A DNA stretch of 60,186 bases, filler included. It is 8 parts of 8 records of this genome, joined end to end, with 100 filler letters (N's around TTAATTAATTAA, not from the genome) between each part and the next. Parts side by side here need not be neighbours in the genome. Positions count along the whole stretch, not along the records: positions 52,791 to 60,186 come from SRR31147125_11932; 7 more parts are not named here. One strand, written 5' to 3'. Every line of letters begins with the position of its first letter. The stretch's first letter is position 1. A program made the position numbers and the translations under genes. Positions 56,184 through 60,186 of the stretch are shown here, piece by piece. Below the pieces are notes generated by a model that was not told where the DNA came from, searched no databases, and was given only the letters and a program-made list of their open reading frames with translations.

Positions 56184-58094
56184 ATGCGCATCATTCCTCT
56201 TGCAATTTTCATCCTGTTTCTAATTAGTGCCTGCGATGCATTTCTGCCCGCAAAAGGTGATTTGGGGCAACCTTGCACGGATGGAGGATTGTGTCTCGAT
56301 GGTTTTATATGCGTAGAAAATACTTGTGTGGATTCGACTTCACTGGATGGTGATTATACCGAAAAAGACAAAGACGACTCAGACGGCGACAAAGACACAA
56401 CAAACGACAGCGATACAACGGACAAGGATAACGACACTTTAGATGAAACCGACAAGGAAACTACCGATGGTGATGTAGATAAGGATTCCATCGAAACTGA
56501 AACTACCGATGGCGATACCGATGCAACTACAGAGACAGACAAAGACGCTATCGACAAGGATTTTGCCGATGGAGATTCTGAGCCAGAAAAGGAACCTGAA
56601 ACGGAATATGAAGTTGATTACGATGGAGACTTGCCGACAGGAATTCCTTTCAAGTTGAATCGTGACAATGTCGGCACACAACCAAGCGATCAGGAAATCA
56701 CAGATTTCACGAAGAAAATCACGGGTTTTTGGAAAGATACAGATTATTTCAAATGGATCTGGCGACTTAGTCACGGACATGACTCTTCATACAACAATGA
56801 CATGATGGGCTTCAAGCTCTTCTGGCAAGGTGTTACTGCTTATAAAGAAGGCGACAAGGTTCGCTTTGTTCATACGGACAATTCGGATAACATGATGATC
56901 GCCTCCTCGAAGATTCTGTCACAAGCTATTTCCGGTTACCTTTTGACCGGTGATGAAACGATGGGCAAGATAACCCTGCAATATTTAAAAGGTTTTGTTG
57001 CTCAGTCTTTGGCGATGGAATTCGATGGTGAAAATCCTGTCATCAAATATTTGCAGGCAAGAGCTTTGTATACTCACAATCATAGCTACACTATGGAAGG
57101 CGGGCGCAAGGTCGAAGTTGAATATGACGCTGTCAAACAACTGAAAGAAGACTGGAACGCTCACACTATTCCCAATTCAAACAATCCAGAATACGAAAGC
57201 ATCTGGATCAGAAACATGCGCTCCAAAGATGATGTTGGGCATATGTATCGAACTGTGCCGCTCATGATGCGCCTTGAAAAAGAAGCTAAAGACGAAGAAA
57301 TAAAGAAAGCCGCAACACTTGCGCTCGAATACATGCAAGGTTTTGCAAAAGATATCGTCGATAACGGCTACTATATTCGTACGAAAAACAAAGACGGCAG
57401 AGCTGTAATCGCCAAAAACAAGGACAACATAATACTTGATTTGGCCAGTTTCGTTCAATATGAAGGCATGTTACCCAATGCGGAATGCAATGGAAAGCTC
57501 AGTTCGGCTTTGGTCGCATATGGCGAATTGAAGGATAACGATTGCAAAAATGGTATTAGTAAGTCGTATGAGATTGTTTCTACCAGTAATCATTACAACA
57601 ATTACGCCATTATCAGATACTTCCACATTGCGTCCATAACAAACGCTCTTGTTAACAGCTATTTAGATACTGCCAAAGCTCTTTTGCTTGGGCTTATCGA
57701 TCGAGTCGACGAGATGGAAAGTGATTACACTGGGCGGGCAACCAATTCCGCCTGGAACGCAGATACAGCTTCCGTTTTGCTTGCTTCTGCCGCTAGCGGA
57801 TTGCCTCTTACTTCAAAGGAAGTGAAAATAATTCACGATCAATATTCGGTTGCCGTAGATCATTACAAAAAATGGAAATTTTGGGACCCGTGGACTGCGT
57901 CTGTTTCCGATGGTACTTTCAGCTACAAACCTTATAGGTATGAAACGATTAATGATGATACAAGAATCACTTACGTAGATGTTTCAGAGCTTGCCTACCT
58001 GCTCGAATACTGCTATTCGCCTTTTAAAAACGAAGAAGGACAAAAACTCGTCGATTGCGATATCATCTCCAACCCCACCAAATGGGGTGAGTAA
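56184..58094 (+). CDS. Lipoprotein: Cys-rich module, Asp/Thr-rich linker, large unknown domain
   Basis: Lipobox ISAC, CTDGGLCLDGFICVENTC and DGD repeats. Confidence 0.8.
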   Translation: MRIIPLAIFILFLISACDAFLPAKGDLGQPCTDGGLCLDGFICVENTCVDSTSLDGDYTEKDKDDSDGDKDTTNDSDTTDKDNDTLDETDKETTDGDVDKDSIETETTDGDTDATTETDKDAIDKDFADGDSEPEKEPETEYEVDYDGDLPTGIPFKLNRDNVGTQPSDQEITDFTKKITGFWKDTDYFKWIWRLSHGHDSSYNNDMMGFKLFWQGVTAYKEGDKVRFVHTDNSDNMMIASSKILSQAISGYLLTGDETMGKITLQYLKGFVAQSLAMEFDGENPVIKYLQARALYTHNHSYTMEGGRKVEVEYDAVKQLKEDWNAHTIPNSNNPEYESIWIRNMRSKDDVGHMYRTVPLMMRLEKEAKDEEIKKAATLALEYMQGFAKDIVDNGYYIRTKNKDGRAVIAKNKDNIILDLASFVQYEGMLPNAECNGKLSSALVAYGELKDNDCKNGISKSYEIVSTSNHYNNYAIIRYFHIASITNALVNSYLDTAKALLLGLIDRVDEMESDYTGRATNSAWNADTASVLLASAASGLPLTSKEVKIIHDQYSVAVDHYKKWKFWDPWTASVSDGTFSYKPYRYETINDDTRITYVDVSELAYLLEYCYSPFKNEEGQKLVDCDIISNPTKWGE

Positions 58095-58192
58095 AAATCG
58101 AAGAATCCATCCCCCTACAAAATCTCAGCTTGCATTTTTAAAATAGTTATAATACTATTTGTATAGTGCTTCTTAATTTGCAGGAAAAACCT

Positions 58193-59335
58193 ATGAGATT
58201 TGCTGTCACTATTACAATTGCGATCTGCTTCCTTTTTGCATGTGAGTCATCATCGCCTGTGAAGATTGCTGAAACAGAACCGTGTACGTTTGATAGATCA
58301 TGTGAAAATGGATTGATTTGCGTTGATAAGATGTGTATCGATCCAAGGCTAGTAGATGGCGATTTACCTGAAGATGAAATTGAGAAAGTGCAAACAGATG
58401 GTGATAAAGACACAACAAGTGACAGAGATACTACAGAAAAAGATTTTGATGTTTCAGTCGAAGCAGACCAGGAAACGACACCTGAAAATGATGAAGCGGA
58501 ATTTGAACTATACATCACAGAATCGGAAGATGATAGTGATGAAATAGTGCCAACAAATATTCGACCAGTAGCCCTTGTTTCTATAGAGGAAAACGGTCAG
58601 GATATTGTGTTGCCAATTTTGATTCCAGCTTACGCAGCATTGGAAGATCGGACAATCACATTTTTTTCAAACAAATCATATGATGATGATGGAGATTATC
58701 CTCTAAGTTTTATTTGGACACTAAAAGAAAAGCCTGAGAAAAGTAAAGCTGCAATTCAAGATATTTCCAAATCAAAAATTACAATAGTGTTCGATGTAAA
58801 TGGTCAGTATCTTTTATCTCTGATGGTAACAGATTCAAAGGGAGCTAAAAGCAAATCGAAAGATGTGGAAATAGAACTATTTAGAAAAGATATAATAAAG
58901 GTGGTTAACTCATACGATGGCAGTGGTCATCAAAACGTTCTATTTGAATGGGTTGGTAAAGATGGCGGAATCTGCTCCGAAGAACGTATCCAATCAGACA
59001 AGACTTGCCCGCAAATAAAAGAAGGAAAAGCACTTATAGAATCTCGTTCTTTTGACCCTGATGTCCGAAGCATTACGATCAGTCATGAAGATGCACCAGA
59101 CGGAAAATATATTATTCGCGCAATTTTCAAGGAGGATTGTACGAAGTATGTTGATTTTACTATAACTCCATTTTGCGCTTCAAGAAAAAGTGTTGATATT
59201 ACTACCAATATCCATGTTGACACAAACCCTGATCCTGCATGGAAGCTCACAGGTACTCTAAAAGCCAAAGACGATATCCTGGAATGGCCTATTCATAAGA
59301 CTAATGGTGTTTGGCAAGTACCAGTTATGCAATAA
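58193..59335 (+). CDS. Lipoprotein: Cys-rich module, acidic linker, PKD-like domain
   Basis: Lipobox LFAC and SYDDDGD..LSFIW...GQY..SLMVTDSKG. Confidence 0.78.
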   Translation: MRFAVTITIAICFLFACESSSPVKIAETEPCTFDRSCENGLICVDKMCIDPRLVDGDLPEDEIEKVQTDGDKDTTSDRDTTEKDFDVSVEADQETTPENDEAEFELYITESEDDSDEIVPTNIRPVALVSIEENGQDIVLPILIPAYAALEDRTITFFSNKSYDDDGDYPLSFIWTLKEKPEKSKAAIQDISKSKITIVFDVNGQYLLSLMVTDSKGAKSKSKDVEIELFRKDIIKVVNSYDGSGHQNVLFEWVGKDGGICSEERIQSDKTCPQIKEGKALIESRSFDPDVRSITISHEDAPDGKYIIRAIFKEDCTKYVDFTITPFCASRKSVDITTNIHVDTNPDPAWKLTGTLKAKDDILEWPIHKTNGVWQVPVMQ

Positions 59336-59813
59336 AGCAATAAACCCCTGTAAAAACAAATGGTTACCTTGACTATTTAATAAAATCCGCCATATTTCCC
59401 CACTTTTGTGTCCATATTTGTAGGAAAGCTGATTGAGCATACCTCAAAATATTTTTATTTAATGAAAACACCGCCTAAAATCATGAAAAATCGAATAAAT
59501 TCAGCAAGTTACAAAGACAAGCAATCCATCATATAAAATAAAGTAGAATACAGTTATCATCAAAAGAGTCGATATTAATAGTAGGTGGTTCTTTGGTATA
59601 AATGAATAACCAATGTTCTCTCGTTATTAAAATGCGTTGTAATCGATTTTGGATATGTTAAAATTGTATATGACTTGGGTTATCTCTAACGAGGGGATAA
59701 AAATGGGGATTCGCTATTATAGACCAGAGGGAAACAAGGGGTGTCGTGGTGTGACCACTGCCTACGACAGGTTGTTTAGCTACTGGTGTAGACTGCAAGA
59801 ATAGGAGTGAACA

Positions 59814-60186
59814 ATGTCTCAAAGTCAAGACCTGTTAAAGAAACTGGCGTCCAAGTTTGACAGAGAAAAATATAAGCACCTTTCCTGGGAAGGCAGTTTT
59901 TCGGAATATCTGGATCTCATTAAAGAGGACCCGGATATTATCAGAACGTCATTTCAACGTGTATACGACATGATAATGAGTTATGGCAGCACTGAATATG
60001 TAGATGCCAAAAAGAAAATAACTCATTACACATTTTTCGATGATCCAATCGGCGAAGGAGTCGATTCTGTTTTCGGCATAGATATTTCGCTGATGAAGCT
60101 GGTTAACTTGTTTAAATCGGCTGCTCAGCGATTTGGTACGGAAAAACGTGTTATCCTGCTGCATGGACCTGTAGGTTCATCCAAAA
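59814..60186 (+). CDS. prkA: PrkA/YeaG serine protein kinase (AAA+), 3'-partial
   Basis: RBS AGGAG, then WEGSFSEYL...FQRVYDMIMSYG...KRVILLHGPVGSSK. Confidence 0.92.
   Translation, partial: MSQSQDLLKKLASKFDREKYKHLSWEGSFSEYLDLIKEDPDIIRTSFQRVYDMIMSYGSTEYVDAKKKITHYTFFDDPIGEGVDSVFGIDISLMKLVNLFKSAAQRFGTEKRVILLHGPVGSSK

Noticed and set aside
59340-59810. Long AT-rich intergenic region before prkA as an ncRNA
   Set aside because: It shows only a small hairpin (about 59742-59770) and promoter-like sequence, with no recognisable RNA family.

Overview
This window is not one locus. It is eight unrelated contigs joined by 100-nt N spacers carrying a TTAATTAATTAA all-frame stop linker (8912-9011, 14790-14889, 24639-24738, 31564-31663, 36915-37014, 43862-43961, 52691-52790), so gene neighbourhoods only mean something within a segment. 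Many genes are split by single-base indels, mostly in homopolymer runs, which look like sequencing errors. Taxonomic labels are impressions from gene content. Seg1 (Desulfobacteraceae-like): MarR, 4Fe-4S membrane protein, REC-FapA fusion, MerR/MFS. Seg2 (Bacteroidota-like): sulfatase, acetate-CoA ligase, UspA. Seg3 (Desulfuromonadales-like): PpiD, mreBCD-mrdA-rodA, amrS, pfkA, sod. Seg4: two-component system, amidase, BNR protein. Seg5: protease island. Seg6: decayed integron with HEPN-like and HNH cassettes, then rhlE, yaeQ, argO/argP. Seg7 (Bacteroidota-like): oxidoreductase/DUF1080/sulfatase/GH144 cluster. Seg8: CDF-HflK fusion, hflC, hflK, acidic lipoproteins, prkA. The best novelty candidate is in Seg5. 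A signal-less subtilase carries a 74-aa C-terminal domain that is also encoded, about 80% identical, as the next stand-alone gene. That domain has an OB-fold/AB5-B-subunit-like pattern. A third gene looks like a free copy of the protease's own prodomain. An astacin-type gene with an attC site and a thrice-repeated fixed-spacing hairpin element lie next to it.
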